Shown piece after piece: positions 48,146 to 58,751 of a DNA stretch of 64,000 bases (positions within the stretch are counted from its first letter, which is position 1; every line of letters starts with the position of its first letter). The stretch lies in assembly GCA_044223005.1 (NCBI GenBank), contig JBGAML010000010.1, positions 64,001-128,000 of the forward strand, given 5' to 3'. Position numbers and translations under genes: made by a program. Under the pieces are notes generated by a model that had not been told where the DNA came from, ran no database searches, and was given only the letters and a program-made list of their open reading frames with translations. This DNA comes from Candidatus Eiseniibacteriota bacterium. Lineage in GTDB: Bacteria > Eisenbacteria > RBG-16-71-46.

Positions 48146-48714
48146 CGCACCCCTCCGACCGACAGTGTCGCCTGCAGGAGCGAGCGCCCGACGAGCATCG
48201 CCACCGAATCCGACGAGGTGTACACGACGCGCTTCGGGCCGTTGCCGGCCTGGAGCTCGTAGGTGTCCGACGTCCGCGGCGTGTACTCGACGCCGTGCAC
48301 GGGCGGCCCGGCCTGCTGCACGGAGCTGGGCACGTGCCCCGTCGTGCTGCGGTATTCCTCGATGCGGTTGCGCTGCAGGTAGACGGCGACCTTCCAGCCG
48401 TTGACGTAGTAGTCGTAAGTCGGCGGCGGGGGCAGGTTGAACTCGAGCCACTTCGGCTTTCCGAACCACACGTAGGCATTGAAGAGCAGGAGCGCGAGCA
48501 GCAGCCACTGGCGCAGCGACGGCGCCGACGGCCGCGCGCGCTCGCGCGCGGCGAGCCGCGCGACCTTCAGCTCCTCGCGCTTCAGGACGTCCGCGACGGC
48601 GGCCTCGGCCTCGGCGCGCTCGAGCGCGCGCTGCCGCTGGTCGAGCGTCTCGAACCCGTCGGGCGCCGGCGTGCCTTCCGGCGGGCCGTCCGGGGCCCGC
48701 ATCGGTGCGGTCAT
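48142..48714 (-). CDS. Single-TM hypothetical protein with a pilin/GspG-like C-terminal segment
   Basis: Charged N-terminus, TM segment WLLLALLLFNAYVWF, then IEEYRSTTGHVPSSV; stop overlaps the pilin ATG. Confidence 0.7.
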   Translation of the reverse strand: MTAPMRAPDGPPEGTPAPDGFETLDQRQRALERAEAEAAVADVLKREELKVARLAARERARPSAPSLRQWLLLALLLFNAYVWFGKPKWLEFNLPPPPTYDYYVNGWKVAVYLQRNRIEEYRSTTGHVPSSVQQAGPPVHGVEYTPRTSDTYELQAGNGPKRVVYTSSDSVAMLVGRSLLQATLSVGGVR

Positions 48715-48782
48715 GGAATGGAATTCCCCCTCGTGCCGGCGCACGGTTGGCGCCGGGAGCGGTGTGGACCTGCTCGTGGGAG

Positions 48783-48810
48783 GTATCGGTGCTGGGGCGA
48801 TTCCCTTGAG
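48783..48810 (-). promoter_or_regulatory. Putative sigma28-type promoter for the pilin-like pair
   Basis: Minus strand reads CTCAAG-N14-ACCGATAC, about 70 nt upstream of ATG 48714. Confidence 0.5.
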
Positions 48811-48934
48811 GGCCGGCCCCGCTTGTTCGCTGTCAGTACCGCTGTTAGCGTGCAGGGCGGTGCCGGAACCGGCGCCGAATCGAGCCGCGACCGCCGTGGG
48901 AGACCCCGCGGCGGCTTTCCGCGTTTGGAGCCTC

Positions 48935-51900
48935 ATGTCCACGCCCGACGTCTATCTCCGCGACGAACTTTCCGAGCGCCTGGCCGGGTACGGCGAGCGC
49001 AGCCCCGAGCTGCGCGACCTCCTCGGCTGCGTGCGCGACGGCTGGTCGCGCGCCGACGCGGCGGGCAAGCGCCCGCGCGTCGCGGTGCGCGGGCTGGCCG
49101 GCTCGTCGCGGGCATACGTCGCGGCCTGGCTGCAGCGACGGATCGACGCGCCCGTGCTGTACGTCGTGCCGCACGGCGAGGCGTTCGAGGCCGCGCGCGA
49201 CGATCTCGAGTACTTCCGCGGCCGCGGTGCGACGCTCGCGTTCCCCGAACCCGACGCGCTGCCCTACGACCCCTCGTCGCCGCATCCGTCGATCACCGCC
49301 GACCGCCTCGACGCGCTCGCGCGCCTCGCCGCGGGCGAGAAGGGCGTGGTGCTCGCCACGGTGCGCGGCGTGCTGCAGCGCGTGCCGCGGCCCGACAAGC
49401 TCGCGCGCGCCGTGCTGGTGCTGCGCGCCAACGAGGAGATCGACGAACGCGCGCTGCTCGAACGGCTGGTGTTCATGGGCTACGAGCGGCTGCCCGAGGT
49501 CGAAGCCGTGGGTACGTTCGCGCGCCGTGGCGGCATCCTCGACGTCTGGCCCGTCGGCCAGCCCGAGCCGCTGCGCGTGGAGCTGGACGGCGACACGGTC
49601 GCCTCGCTGCGCCGCTTCGACGCGGGCACCCAGCGCTCGCTCGAGAAGCTGGGCGAGGCGCGCGTGCTGCCGCGCTACGAGATCGTGGTCGAGCCGCACG
49701 AGGCGCCCGCGATCGTCGAGCGGCTGCGCGATGCGGGAGACGAGGCGGCCCAGGGTGGAGCGAACCTCTTCCACGAGGGCATGGAACGCTTCGCGGGGCT
49801 CTACGACGCCGCACTCGGCACGCTGCTCGACCACCTGCCGCCCGACGCGGTGGTGCTCGTGGACGATCCGGCGGCGCTGACCGACCGCGCGCACGACCTC
49901 GACGACGGCGTCGCGCGCGCGTTCGCCGAAGCGAAGGCGCACTATCCGCTGATCTCGCCGCCCGAGGCGCTCTACCAGCCCGCGTCCGCGTGGGAGGCGC
50001 TGCTCGAGACGCGGCGCGGCGCCGACTTCATGGGCCCGGTCGCCGTCGCGGGCGAGTCCGACCGCTGGGCGCGCACGATCCTCGTGGACTGCCAGCCGGC
50101 CGAGCCGCTGCAGCGCTCGATGGAGAAGCTGCGCAATCATCTCGCCGAGCTGTCCGCGAACGCGCTCGATCCGTTCATCCTGTGCGACAACGCCGGGCAG
50201 CGCGACCGCCTCTGGGAGATGCTCGGCAACGAGCACGGCACGCTGGGGGTCGGCCTCGTCTCCGCCGGATTCACGCTGCGCAGCGCGGGCTTCTCGCTGC
50301 TCACCGATCACGAGATCTTCGCGCGCTACCGGCGCCGCCGCCGACGCATGCGGCGCACGGGCGGGCTCTCGGTCGCGGAGCTCTCGCAACTCAAGCCGGG
50401 CGACTTCGTGGTGCACGAGGACCACGGCGTCGGCGTCTACCGCGGCATGAAGCGCCTCACGCTGGGCGGCCAGGAGACGGACTGCATCGAGCTCTCCTAC
50501 GCCGAAAAGGACACGCTCTACGTGCCGGTGCACCAGCTCGCGCTGGTGTCGCGCTACGCCGCGGGCGACGGCGCGCGGCCGAGCCTGCACCGCCTCGGCT
50601 CGACGTCTTGGCAGAAGACGAAGGCGCGCGCCAAGAAGGCCATCCAGGACATGGCGGACGAGCTGATCCGGGCGTACGCGGCGCGCCGCGCGCTCCCGGG
50701 CCACGCGTTCAAGCCGGACAGCGTCTGGCAGCGCGAGCTCGAAGCGTCGTTCCCGTACGACGAGACGCCCGACCAGCTCAAGGCGATCGAGGACGTGCGC
50801 GTCGACATGGAGACGGGCTCGCCCATGGATCGCCTGATCTGCGGCGACGTGGGCTACGGCAAGACCGAGGTCGCGATCCGCGCCGCGTTCAAGGCCGTGC
50901 AGGACGGCAAGCAGGTGGCGGTGCTCGTGCCGACCACGATCCTCGCGCAGCAGCACGGCATCACGTTCCGCGAGCGGCTCGCGGATTTCCCGGTGAAGGT
51001 CGAGGTGCTCTCGCGCTTCCGCACGCCCAAGGAGCAGAAGGCCGTGCTCGAGCGGCTCGCGCGCAAGGACGTGGACATCGTGATCGGCACCCACCGGCTG
51101 CTCAGCAAGGACGTCGTGTTCGCGGACCTCGGGCTCGTGGTGATCGACGAGGAGCACCGCTTCGGGGTCGCGCAGAAGGAGAAGATCCGCCAGCTCACGC
51201 GCACCGTGGACGTGCTGGCGCTCACCGCCACGCCGATCCCGCGCACGCTCAACCTCTCGCTGGCCGGCGCGCGCGACATGAGCGTGATCGAGACTCCGCC
51301 GCAGAACCGGCTGCCCGTGCACACCGAGGTGCTCGAGTACGACCCCGAGGTCGTGACCGACTCGATCCTGCGCGAGATCGACCGCGGCGGGCAGGTGTTC
51401 TTCGTCCACAACCGCGTCGAGACCATCTACAACGCCGCACTGCAGCTCCAGCACTTGGTGCCGCAGGTGCGCGTGGGCGTGGGCCACGGCCAGATGAGCG
51501 AGCGCGAGCTCGAGCACGTCATGCTCGAGTTCACCGAGGGCCGCCTCGACGTGCTGGTGGCGACCATGATCATCGAGTCCGGGCTCGACATCCCGACCGT
51601 GAACACGCTGATCGTCGACCGCGCCGACACGCTCGGCCTGGCGCAGCTCTACCAGCTGCGCGGCCGCGTCGGCCGCTCGTCGCACCGCGCCTACGCCTAC
51701 CTCATGGTGCCGAGCCGCCGCGTGCTCACCGAGGACGCCGAGAAGCGCCTGCGCGTGATCGAGGAGTTCGACGAGCTGGGTGTGGGTTTCAAGGTGGCGC
51801 TGAAGGACATGGAGATCCGCGGCGCGGGCAACCTGCTGGGGCCCGAGCAGCACGGCCACATCATGGGGCTGGGCTTCGATCTCTACGTGAAGCTGCTGGA

Positions 51901-52456
51901 AGAGGCCGTCGCCGCGCTCAAGGGCGAAGTCGAGGCCCTGCGACCCGAACCGCGGCTCACGACCGACTGGAGCGCGTTCCTGCCGGACGACTACGTGCCG
52001 GACGAGCACGAGAAGCTGGCGCTCTACCGCCGCCTCGCGGGCACGCGCGACGAGGGCGAGGTCGACGACTTCACGCTCGAGCTCATGGACCGCTTCGGGC
52101 AGTTGCCGCCGCCCGCGGTGGCGCTCGTCGAGCTGCGGCGCCTGCGCGTGCTCGGCCGCGGCGCCGCCGACCAGCCCGCGCTGGTCGAGAGTCTCAAGGT
52201 GATGCACGACGTCGCCGAGGTGACGCTGCGTCGCCCGCTCCTGCCACGCGAGATCGCGGCGGTCGTCGGCTCGCTCACGTTCCAGGTCGAGTTCTTCAGC
52301 GGCCGCGAGTTCGGCCTGCGCCTGCGCGGCGCCGACCTCGTGCTGCTCCACCGCACGCGCGAGCTGCTCGCGACGCTCGTGCGCGCCGCGAGCGCAGCGG
52401 CCACACCGCCCACGCCGGAACCCGCGCCCGCGGGCCCGCGGAAAGGCCGCGCGTGA
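48935..52456 (+). CDS. mfd: Transcription-repair coupling factor
   Basis: RGGILD, RID motif GDFVVHEDHGVG, GDVGYGKTEVA, DEEH, TATPIPRTL, QLRGRVGRS, RGAGNLLG. Confidence 0.97.
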   Translation: MSTPDVYLRDELSERLAGYGERSPELRDLLGCVRDGWSRADAAGKRPRVAVRGLAGSSRAYVAAWLQRRIDAPVLYVVPHGEAFEAARDDLEYFRGRGATLAFPEPDALPYDPSSPHPSITADRLDALARLAAGEKGVVLATVRGVLQRVPRPDKLARAVLVLRANEEIDERALLERLVFMGYERLPEVEAVGTFARRGGILDVWPVGQPEPLRVELDGDTVASLRRFDAGTQRSLEKLGEARVLPRYEIVVEPHEAPAIVERLRDAGDEAAQGGANLFHEGMERFAGLYDAALGTLLDHLPPDAVVLVDDPAALTDRAHDLDDGVARAFAEAKAHYPLISPPEALYQPASAWEALLETRRGADFMGPVAVAGESDRWARTILVDCQPAEPLQRSMEKLRNHLAELSANALDPFILCDNAGQRDRLWEMLGNEHGTLGVGLVSAGFTLRSAGFSLLTDHEIFARYRRRRRRMRRTGGLSVAELSQLKPGDFVVHEDHGVGVYRGMKRLTLGGQETDCIELSYAEKDTLYVPVHQLALVSRYAAGDGARPSLHRLGSTSWQKTKARAKKAIQDMADELIRAYAARRALPGHAFKPDSVWQRELEASFPYDETPDQLKAIEDVRVDMETGSPMDRLICGDVGYGKTEVAIRAAFKAVQDGKQVAVLVPTTILAQQHGITFRERLADFPVKVEVLSRFRTPKEQKAVLERLARKDVDIVIGTHRLLSKDVVFADLGLVVIDEEHRFGVAQKEKIRQLTRTVDVLALTATPIPRTLNLSLAGARDMSVIETPPQNRLPVHTEVLEYDPEVVTDSILREIDRGGQVFFVHNRVETIYNAALQLQHLVPQVRVGVGHGQMSERELEHVMLEFTEGRLDVLVATMIIESGLDIPTVNTLIVDRADTLGLAQLYQLRGRVGRSSHRAYAYLMVPSRRVLTEDAEKRLRVIEEFDELGVGFKVALKDMEIRGAGNLLGPEQHGHIMGLGFDLYVKLLEEAVAALKGEVEALRPEPRLTTDWSAFLPDDYVPDEHEKLALYRRLAGTRDEGEVDDFTLELMDRFGQLPPPAVALVELRRLRVLGRGAADQPALVESLKVMHDVAEVTLRRPLLPREIAAVVGSLTFQVEFFSGREFGLRLRGADLVLLHRTRELLATLVRAASAAATPPTPEPAPAGPRKGRA

Positions 52457-53205
52457 CCCGCGCCGCGCTCGCGCTGGCGCTCGCCGCCACGCTGCTCGCC
52501 GGGCCCGCCGCGGCGGCACCGCCGGATTCGCTGGCAACGCCGGGCGGCCTGCGCTTCGGGCCGCGCGACGCCGTCTTCGGCGCGGTGGCCGCGGGCGCGC
52601 TGGCGCTCGCCGCCACGCACGACCGGCGCGGGTCGGCCGAGGCGGCGGGCAACGACACGCGCGTCGCGCTCGATCTCGCCGCCGACGCCAAGCGCCTCGG
52701 CGACCCGGTCACGGTGGGCGCCGCCCTGCTCGCCACCGACCTCGGCGCGCGCGCGCTCGGGCACCCGCGGCTCGGCGCGGCCACCGAACGCATCGCGCTC
52801 GCGTGCGTGGCCGCCGGCCTCGCCACTGCCGGCGCGAAGCTGGCGCTCGGCCGCGAACGGCCGGACGAGAACGCCGACCCCGGCGTCTTCCGGCCGTTCT
52901 CGCACCACGACGCGCTGCCCTCGGGCCACGCGACCACCGCGTTCGCGCTGGCGGCCGCCCTCGACGCCGAGACGCGTACGCCCGTGGTGCCCGCGATCGC
53001 GTACCCGCTCGCGGCCGTCACCGCGTGGTCGCGCGTGCGCGACCAGCGCCACTGGCCGAGTGACGTCGTCGCGGGCGCGGCGCTCGGGGGCTGGATCGCG
53101 CATCACGCCGACCGCTGGGCGCAGCAACGCCTGCCGCAGGGCCTCTGGGTGATCGTGTTCCCGGCGCACCACGGCGCCGCCGCGCGGGCGGGCCTGCGGT
53201 TCTAG
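52453..53205 (+). CDS. PAP2 family phosphatase
   Basis: GTGA overlap with the mfd stop; motifs K...GRERP, PSGH, SRV....HWPSDV.AG. Confidence 0.9.
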   Translation: MTRAALALALAATLLAGPAAAAPPDSLATPGGLRFGPRDAVFGAVAAGALALAATHDRRGSAEAAGNDTRVALDLAADAKRLGDPVTVGAALLATDLGARALGHPRLGAATERIALACVAAGLATAGAKLALGRERPDENADPGVFRPFSHHDALPSGHATTAFALAAALDAETRTPVVPAIAYPLAAVTAWSRVRDQRHWPSDVVAGAALGGWIAHHADRWAQQRLPQGLWVIVFPAHHGAAARAGLRF

Positions 53206-53237
53206 CCGCCGCGCTCGGCCTCACGTAGGCTGCGCGC

Positions 53238-54053
53238 ATGGACACGCCCGGGTTCGACGCCGCGCGCGACGACCACGTCGCCCTCTACGACGAGCTACCG
53301 CTGTGGTCGGCGCTCGCGGGCCAGCTGCTGCTCGAGCACGTGCCGCTCGCGGCGAGACGCGCGCTCGACGTCGGCTGCGGCGCCGGCTTCCCGCTGCTGG
53401 AACTCGCCGAACGGCTCGGCCCGGGCGCGTTCGCGGCCGGCATCGATCCATGGGCGGCCGGCCTGCGGCGCGCGGCGGCCAAGCGCGCCACGTGGCTCGT
53501 GCCGTGCGCGGCGCTGGTGCGCGGCGACGGGGCGTGCCTGCCGTTCCGCGACGGTGCGTTCGACCTCGTCGTCTCGAACCTCGGCGTCAACAACTTCGCC
53601 GACGCCGGCGCCGCGTTCGCCGAGTGCCGGCGCGTGCTCGCACCCGGCGGCCACCTGGCGCTCGCGACCAACCTCGTCGGGCACTTCGCCGAGCTCTACG
53701 CCGCACTCGATCGCGTACTCGAACGCGCGGGCGACGCGGCGGCACGCGAGCGGCTGCGCGAGCAGGTGGCGCACCGCGCCACGATCGCCGGGCTGCGCGA
53801 GACGCTCGCGCGCCACGGCTTCGCGGTCACGGCGGTGCACGAGCGCACGGTGCCGTGGCGCTTCGCGACCGGCGCAGCCGTGCTCGCGCACCACTTCGTG
53901 CGGCTCGGCTGGGGCGACGGCCTGCGCGAGATCGCGGGCGCGAACGCGGACGCCATGCTCGCGGCGCTCGCCGCCGAGATGCACGCCGCCGCGCATGGCG
54001 GCGCGATCACGCTGACCGTACCGCTCGCGGCCGTGATCGCCGTCGCGCGCTAG
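53238..54053 (+). CDS. Class I SAM-dependent methyltransferase
   Basis: Motifs LDVGCGAG, LPFRDGAFDLVVSN, RVLAPGG. Confidence 0.9.
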   Translation: MDTPGFDAARDDHVALYDELPLWSALAGQLLLEHVPLAARRALDVGCGAGFPLLELAERLGPGAFAAGIDPWAAGLRRAAAKRATWLVPCAALVRGDGACLPFRDGAFDLVVSNLGVNNFADAGAAFAECRRVLAPGGHLALATNLVGHFAELYAALDRVLERAGDAAARERLREQVAHRATIAGLRETLARHGFAVTAVHERTVPWRFATGAAVLAHHFVRLGWGDGLREIAGANADAMLAALAAEMHAAAHGGAITLTVPLAAVIAVAR

Positions 54054-54745
54054 CCGAAGAGCTTCGCGAGCCCGAATGCCGCGCCGGCGGCCAGCCCGCC
54101 GACGAGCGCGGTCTGCAACGCGCTGCGCACGGGCTTCGCGCCCGTGAAGTGGCCCTTGAGCCAGCCGAACACGAACAGCGCCACCAGCGTGAAGCCCACC
54201 GACATGCCGAGCGCGCGGTGCGCCTCGGACAGGAAGAAGTAGGGCGAGAGCGGCACGAGGCCGCCCGCCACGTACGAGCCGGCGATCGTGAGCGCGCTCG
54301 CGAGCGCGCGCCGCGGATCGGGCTCTTCCAGCCCGAGCTCGAACCGCATCATGAAATCGACCCAGGCCTTCGGCTTGGCCTCCATCGCGGTCACGAGCGG
54401 CGCGATCGCCTCGTCCGCCAGTCCGTACGCGCGGAACACGCTGCGCACCTCCTCGCGCTCGGCCTCGGTCTTCTCGACGATCTCGGCCTCCTCGCGCCGG
54501 CGCTCGCTGGCGTAGTGCTCGGCGTCGCTGCGCGCGGCGAGGTAGCCGCCCAGGCCCATGGCGATCGAGCCCGCGGCGATCTCGGCGAGCCCCGCGGTCA
54601 CCACGATGCGCGTGCCGGCGACGGCGCCGGAGAGGCCGGCGGCGAGCGCGAACGGCACGGTGAGCCCGTCGGACATCCCGATGACGACGTCGCGGACGGT
54701 TTCGCCCGCGGTGAAGTGCTTCTCGACGTGCGGCGTGGCCGGCAT
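54050..54745 (-). CDS. VIT1/CCC1 family Fe/Mn transporter
   Basis: Motifs RDVVIGMSDGLTVPFALAAG, AGSIAMGLGGYL, FMMRFELGL; start ATG 54745 after AGGAG. Confidence 0.93.
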   Translation of the reverse strand: MPATPHVEKHFTAGETVRDVVIGMSDGLTVPFALAAGLSGAVAGTRIVVTAGLAEIAAGSIAMGLGGYLAARSDAEHYASERRREEAEIVEKTEAEREEVRSVFRAYGLADEAIAPLVTAMEAKPKAWVDFMMRFELGLEEPDPRRALASALTIAGSYVAGGLVPLSPYFFLSEAHRALGMSVGFTLVALFVFGWLKGHFTGAKPVRSALQTALVGGLAAGAAFGLAKLFG

Positions 54746-54931
54746 GGTGACGCTCCTGCGATTCGTGGCGGAGGAATGCGCCGGCGGGCCCGCCGGACGC
54801 GAGTGCCGCGAGCATCGTCCGGCGCTGCGGCGCCGACAAGCGGGCCGCTGCTTGCCGCACCTCATACGCGGGCCTAATCTCCGCTCCCGCTGGACTTCGC
54901 CGCCCCATCCATCGAGGGAAAGGACGTCTCC

Positions 54932-56596
54932 GTGAAGCGCTCGCCGTTCCGCGCCGCCGCCGTGGCGCTGCTCGTTCTCGTCACGATCGCCGGCTGCAGC
55001 CCAGGCTCCCGCCCGGTCGCGCGCGTCGGCAACCGCACCATCACCGTGGACGACTTCGCCCGCGCGGCGGAGGTCGCCGCGCCGAACATCCCGCTGCCGC
55101 CCGAGCAGGCGAAGGCGATGCTGCTCGAGAACCTCGTGCGGCGCGAGATGCTGATCGTCGCCGCGCACGCGCACGGGCTGGACACGACGAAGTACGCGCG
55201 CGGATACCTCGAGGCGAATCGCGAGCAGGTGCTGCTGCAGGCGGTCACGGCGCGCTTCACGCCCTTCGATCCCGGCGTGACCGAGGCCGAGATGCGCGAG
55301 ATGTACGAGTGGCAGAAGCAGGCCGGGGACCTGCAGGTGGTGTTCGCGCCCGACCTGCGGACGATCCGGCTCGCGCAGGAGAAGATCGCCGCGGGCGCCG
55401 ACTTCGGCGCGGTCGCGGACATGTTCAGCGCGGGCTCGCTGCAGCCCGGGGGCCGCATGGGCCGGCGCTCGCCCGGAACGCTGCCGCTGCCGCTCGACGA
55501 CGCGCTGCGCACGCTGCCGGTGGGCAAGATCAGCGAGCCGATCCAGACGCAGCAGGGCTGGTACCTGGTCCGCGTGCTGGACCGCAAGGCGATGGACGTG
55601 CCGCCGTTCGACATGCTGCGCGCCCAGGTCCACGAGATGGTGCGGCAGCGCAAGTGGCAGGCCGCGTTCCTCGACGCGGTCGCGCGGCTCGAGCGGGCCT
55701 ACCACGTGAAGGTGGCGCCGGACGCGGCGCAGACGCTGTTCCGGCTCTTCACGCCCGGGCGCGTCCCCGGCGTCGAGCCGTGGCACCCGGACGCGAAGGA
55801 GCAGGCGCAGGTGCTGGCCACGTTCGACGGCGGCACGTTCACGCTCGCCGACGCCATGGAGGACCTCGACCGCGCCGATCTCGAACGGCCCAACGGCGCC
55901 ATGATCCCGGCGCTCTACAACTGGGTGCGCGAACGCTGCATGACCCGGGTCGCGATGCTCGAGGCGAAGTGCCGGCACCTCGCGGAGGAGCCGGACGTCG
56001 CGCGGACGCTGCGCGACAAGGAGGACGACTACTTCCTGAAGAGCGAAGTGGCGTACGCGCTGTCGTCGCTGCCGCCGCCGGACGCGGCGACCGTTCGCGC
56101 GACGTGGGACGCGGTGAAGGAGCGCTACCCGCAGCTCGTGTGGGCGCGCGTGGCGTGGTTCGACACGCCCGATTCAGCGAAGGCCGGCCGCGTCGCCGCC
56201 GAGCCGCATCCGGCCTCGCTGGCCGACGCGGTGCAGGGCGTCGATCCCGCGGCGGCGCCGGCGGTCGAAGTCGTGCGCTTCCCGAACCCGGACCCGCGCT
56301 GGAACACCGCGATGCCGGAGCTGATGCGGCTGCAGCCCGGCGAGTGGTCGGGCCCGCGTCCGGTCGAGGGCGGGTACCGCGTGCTGCAGCTGCTCGAGAA
56401 GCAGCAGGGCGTGCTCGCGTGGGAGCAGCTCACGCCGCAGATGCAGCAGGCGGTGGCGAACAACGCCATGCAGGGCGCGCGCGAACAGCGGGCGCAGGCG
56501 TACACGGATTCGCTGCGCCGCGCGATCAACCCGGTCCCGATCCCGGACGCCCTGACCCACGTGCCGTGGCCGGCGCCGAGCGCGATCGAGCCCTGA
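54932..56596 (+). CDS. PpiC/SurA-type peptidyl-prolyl isomerase (foldase) lipoprotein
   Basis: Lipobox IAGC; VARVG..TITV; F..VA..FS...GG.MG, GKISEPIQTQQGWY; a second degenerate parvulin segment. Confidence 0.8.
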   Translation: MKRSPFRAAAVALLVLVTIAGCSPGSRPVARVGNRTITVDDFARAAEVAAPNIPLPPEQAKAMLLENLVRREMLIVAAHAHGLDTTKYARGYLEANREQVLLQAVTARFTPFDPGVTEAEMREMYEWQKQAGDLQVVFAPDLRTIRLAQEKIAAGADFGAVADMFSAGSLQPGGRMGRRSPGTLPLPLDDALRTLPVGKISEPIQTQQGWYLVRVLDRKAMDVPPFDMLRAQVHEMVRQRKWQAAFLDAVARLERAYHVKVAPDAAQTLFRLFTPGRVPGVEPWHPDAKEQAQVLATFDGGTFTLADAMEDLDRADLERPNGAMIPALYNWVRERCMTRVAMLEAKCRHLAEEPDVARTLRDKEDDYFLKSEVAYALSSLPPPDAATVRATWDAVKERYPQLVWARVAWFDTPDSAKAGRVAAEPHPASLADAVQGVDPAAAPAVEVVRFPNPDPRWNTAMPELMRLQPGEWSGPRPVEGGYRVLQLLEKQQGVLAWEQLTPQMQQAVANNAMQGAREQRAQAYTDSLRRAINPVPIPDALTHVPWPAPSAIEP

Positions 56597-56600
56597 TCCC

Positions 56601-58739
56601 GTGACCCCCGTGATCGCCCGCCGCGTCCTCGTCCTGATGTGCGCGGTGCTCGCGTTCGCGGCGCCGCGTCCGTCGCTGGCCGATCCGGTCGCCGAGTCCA
56701 TCGGCGACCGGATCGTGCGTTTCTGGGCCGACTCGAGCGCGCGCGCGCTCGCGCTGCCGTCGATCGCGCTCGTCTCGCCGCGGCCCGCGCAGGGACCGGC
56801 TCCGGCGGAGTTCCGCACGCGGCCGCGATTCACGAGCGCCGGCGGCGGCACGATCGTCCGCGTCGAGGCCGGCCGCGGCACGTCGCTCTACGGCACCGGC
56901 GAGGCCGCCGGACCGCTGCAGCGCAACGGCCGCACGATCGTGTGCTGGAACCTCGACGCGTACGGCTGGAGCGAGAGCTCGCCGAACCTCTACCAGTCGC
57001 ACCCGTGGGTGCTCGGCGTGCGCGCAGACGGCAGCAGCTTCGGCGTGCTCGCCGACACGCCGGCGATGGTGACGATCGACCTGTCGCACGACGTCGAGTT
57101 CCGCGTGCAGGGGGCGGGCTTCCCCGTGATCGTGATCGAGCGCCCCTCGCCACAGGAGGTGGTGCGCGCGCTCGCCGACCTGACCGGTCACATGCCGCTG
57201 CCGCCCCGGTGGGCGATCGGCTTCCAGCAGTGCCGCTACTCGTACGCGCCCGACACCGAGGTGGTGCGCATCGCGCGCGAGTTCCGCACGCGCGGCCTGC
57301 CGTGCGACGTGCTGTGGATGGACATCGACTACATGGACCGCCACCAGCCGTTCACGTTCGACCCGGTGGGCTTCCCGCACCCGGACGTGCTCGACGACAC
57401 GCTGCACGCGCGCGGCTTCCGCTCGGTGTGGATCCTCGATCCCGGCATCCGCGAGGACGGCAGCGACCCCGTCTCCGCCGAGGGCACCGCGAAGCGCCTC
57501 TGGGTGACGATGCCGGACGGCGAGCCGTTCCGCGGCCGCGTCTGGCCGGGCGACTGCACGTGGCCCGACTTCACGAACCGCGCGACGCGCGCCTGGTGGA
57601 GCCGGCTCGTGGGCGAGTTCGCGATGCGCACGAAGGCGGACGGCATCTGGAACGACATGAACGAGCCCGCGGTGTTCGGCGTCGACGGCAAGACGATGCC
57701 CGTCACCGCGCGGCACGAGGCCGACGCCGAACTCGGCGGCCCCGGCTGGCACGCGCGCTACCACAACGTCTACGGCATGCAGATGGCCCGCGCGTCGTGG
57801 GAGGGCCTGAAGGCCGTGCGCCCCGGCGCGCGGCCGTTCGTGCTCTCGCGCGCCAACTACCTGGGCGGCCAGCGCTGGGCCGCGGCATGGACGGGAGACA
57901 ACCACGCGAGCCCCGAGCACCTCGCGATGGCGGTGCCGATGGTGCTCAACATGGGTCTCTCGGGGCAGCCGTTCGCGGGCCCCGACATCGGCGGCTACGC
58001 GGGACCGCTCAACGGCACCGAGTTCGCGCAATGGATGGGCGTGGGCTCGCTGCTGCCGTTCTCGCGCGCGCACACCGAGAAGGGCGGGATCCGCAAGGAA
58101 CCCTGGAGTTTCGGTCCGCAGGTCGAAGCCCTCTGCCGGCGCGCGCTGCTCACGCGCTACCGGCTGCTCCCCTACCTCTACACCACGTTCGAGGAGGCCG
58201 CACGCACGGGCCTGCCCGTCGCGCGGCCCGCGTTCTTCGCGGCGCCGGCCACCGACTGGGTGCGCACGGTGGAGCACGAGTTCCTGCTGGGCGGCGACGT
58301 GCTCGTGGACCTGTGGTTCCGGCCCGAGTGGAAGGACGCGCGCCGGCTCTCGGACGACCACGCGGCGTGGCGCGAGGCGATCGTGGAACCGGGCGAGCCG
58401 AACGACGCGATCCCGATGCTGTCGGTCCGCGCGGGCGCGATCGTGCCGCTGGGCCCCGAGATGCATTGGACGAGCGAGCGGCCGCTCGACGAGGTCGAGC
58501 TGCTCGTCGCGCCCGACGCGAACGGCCGCGCCGAGGGCACGCTCTACGAGGACGCGGGCGACGGCGACGGCTGGACGCGCGGCGAGTTCCTGCGCACGCG
58601 CTTCGTCGCCGAGACGCGCGGCCGCACGCTCGCCGTGCGCATCGCGGGCCGCGAGGGCACGTGGGCGCCGCCCGCGAACCGGCGCTGGCGCGTCACGGTG
58701 CTCGGCGGCGTGAAGGGACTGAAGGTCGAGGGGCCGTAG
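56601..58739 (+). CDS. Glycoside hydrolase family 31 (alpha-glucosidase-like), exported
   Basis: Motifs LYQSHPW, WMDIDYM, nucleophile WNDMNEP, acid/base WTGDN, GPDIGG, LYEDAGDG. Confidence 0.95.
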   Translation: MTPVIARRVLVLMCAVLAFAAPRPSLADPVAESIGDRIVRFWADSSARALALPSIALVSPRPAQGPAPAEFRTRPRFTSAGGGTIVRVEAGRGTSLYGTGEAAGPLQRNGRTIVCWNLDAYGWSESSPNLYQSHPWVLGVRADGSSFGVLADTPAMVTIDLSHDVEFRVQGAGFPVIVIERPSPQEVVRALADLTGHMPLPPRWAIGFQQCRYSYAPDTEVVRIAREFRTRGLPCDVLWMDIDYMDRHQPFTFDPVGFPHPDVLDDTLHARGFRSVWILDPGIREDGSDPVSAEGTAKRLWVTMPDGEPFRGRVWPGDCTWPDFTNRATRAWWSRLVGEFAMRTKADGIWNDMNEPAVFGVDGKTMPVTARHEADAELGGPGWHARYHNVYGMQMARASWEGLKAVRPGARPFVLSRANYLGGQRWAAAWTGDNHASPEHLAMAVPMVLNMGLSGQPFAGPDIGGYAGPLNGTEFAQWMGVGSLLPFSRAHTEKGGIRKEPWSFGPQVEALCRRALLTRYRLLPYLYTTFEEAARTGLPVARPAFFAAPATDWVRTVEHEFLLGGDVLVDLWFRPEWKDARRLSDDHAAWREAIVEPGEPNDAIPMLSVRAGAIVPLGPEMHWTSERPLDEVELLVAPDANGRAEGTLYEDAGDGDGWTRGEFLRTRFVAETRGRTLAVRIAGREGTWAPPANRRWRVTVLGGVKGLKVEGP

Positions 58740-58751
58740 GCGCCGGCCGCG

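Noticed and set aside
48851..48866. Sigma54-like CCGGCACCGCCCTGCA upstream of the pilin-like pair
   Set aside because: GG-to-GC spacing is 9 nt, which does not fit RpoN.
48295..52452. N-terminal part of the 1636-aa ORF 48295..53205
   Set aside because: Off-frame overlap with mfd. Only the last 250 codons (PAP2, from GTG 52453) look coding.
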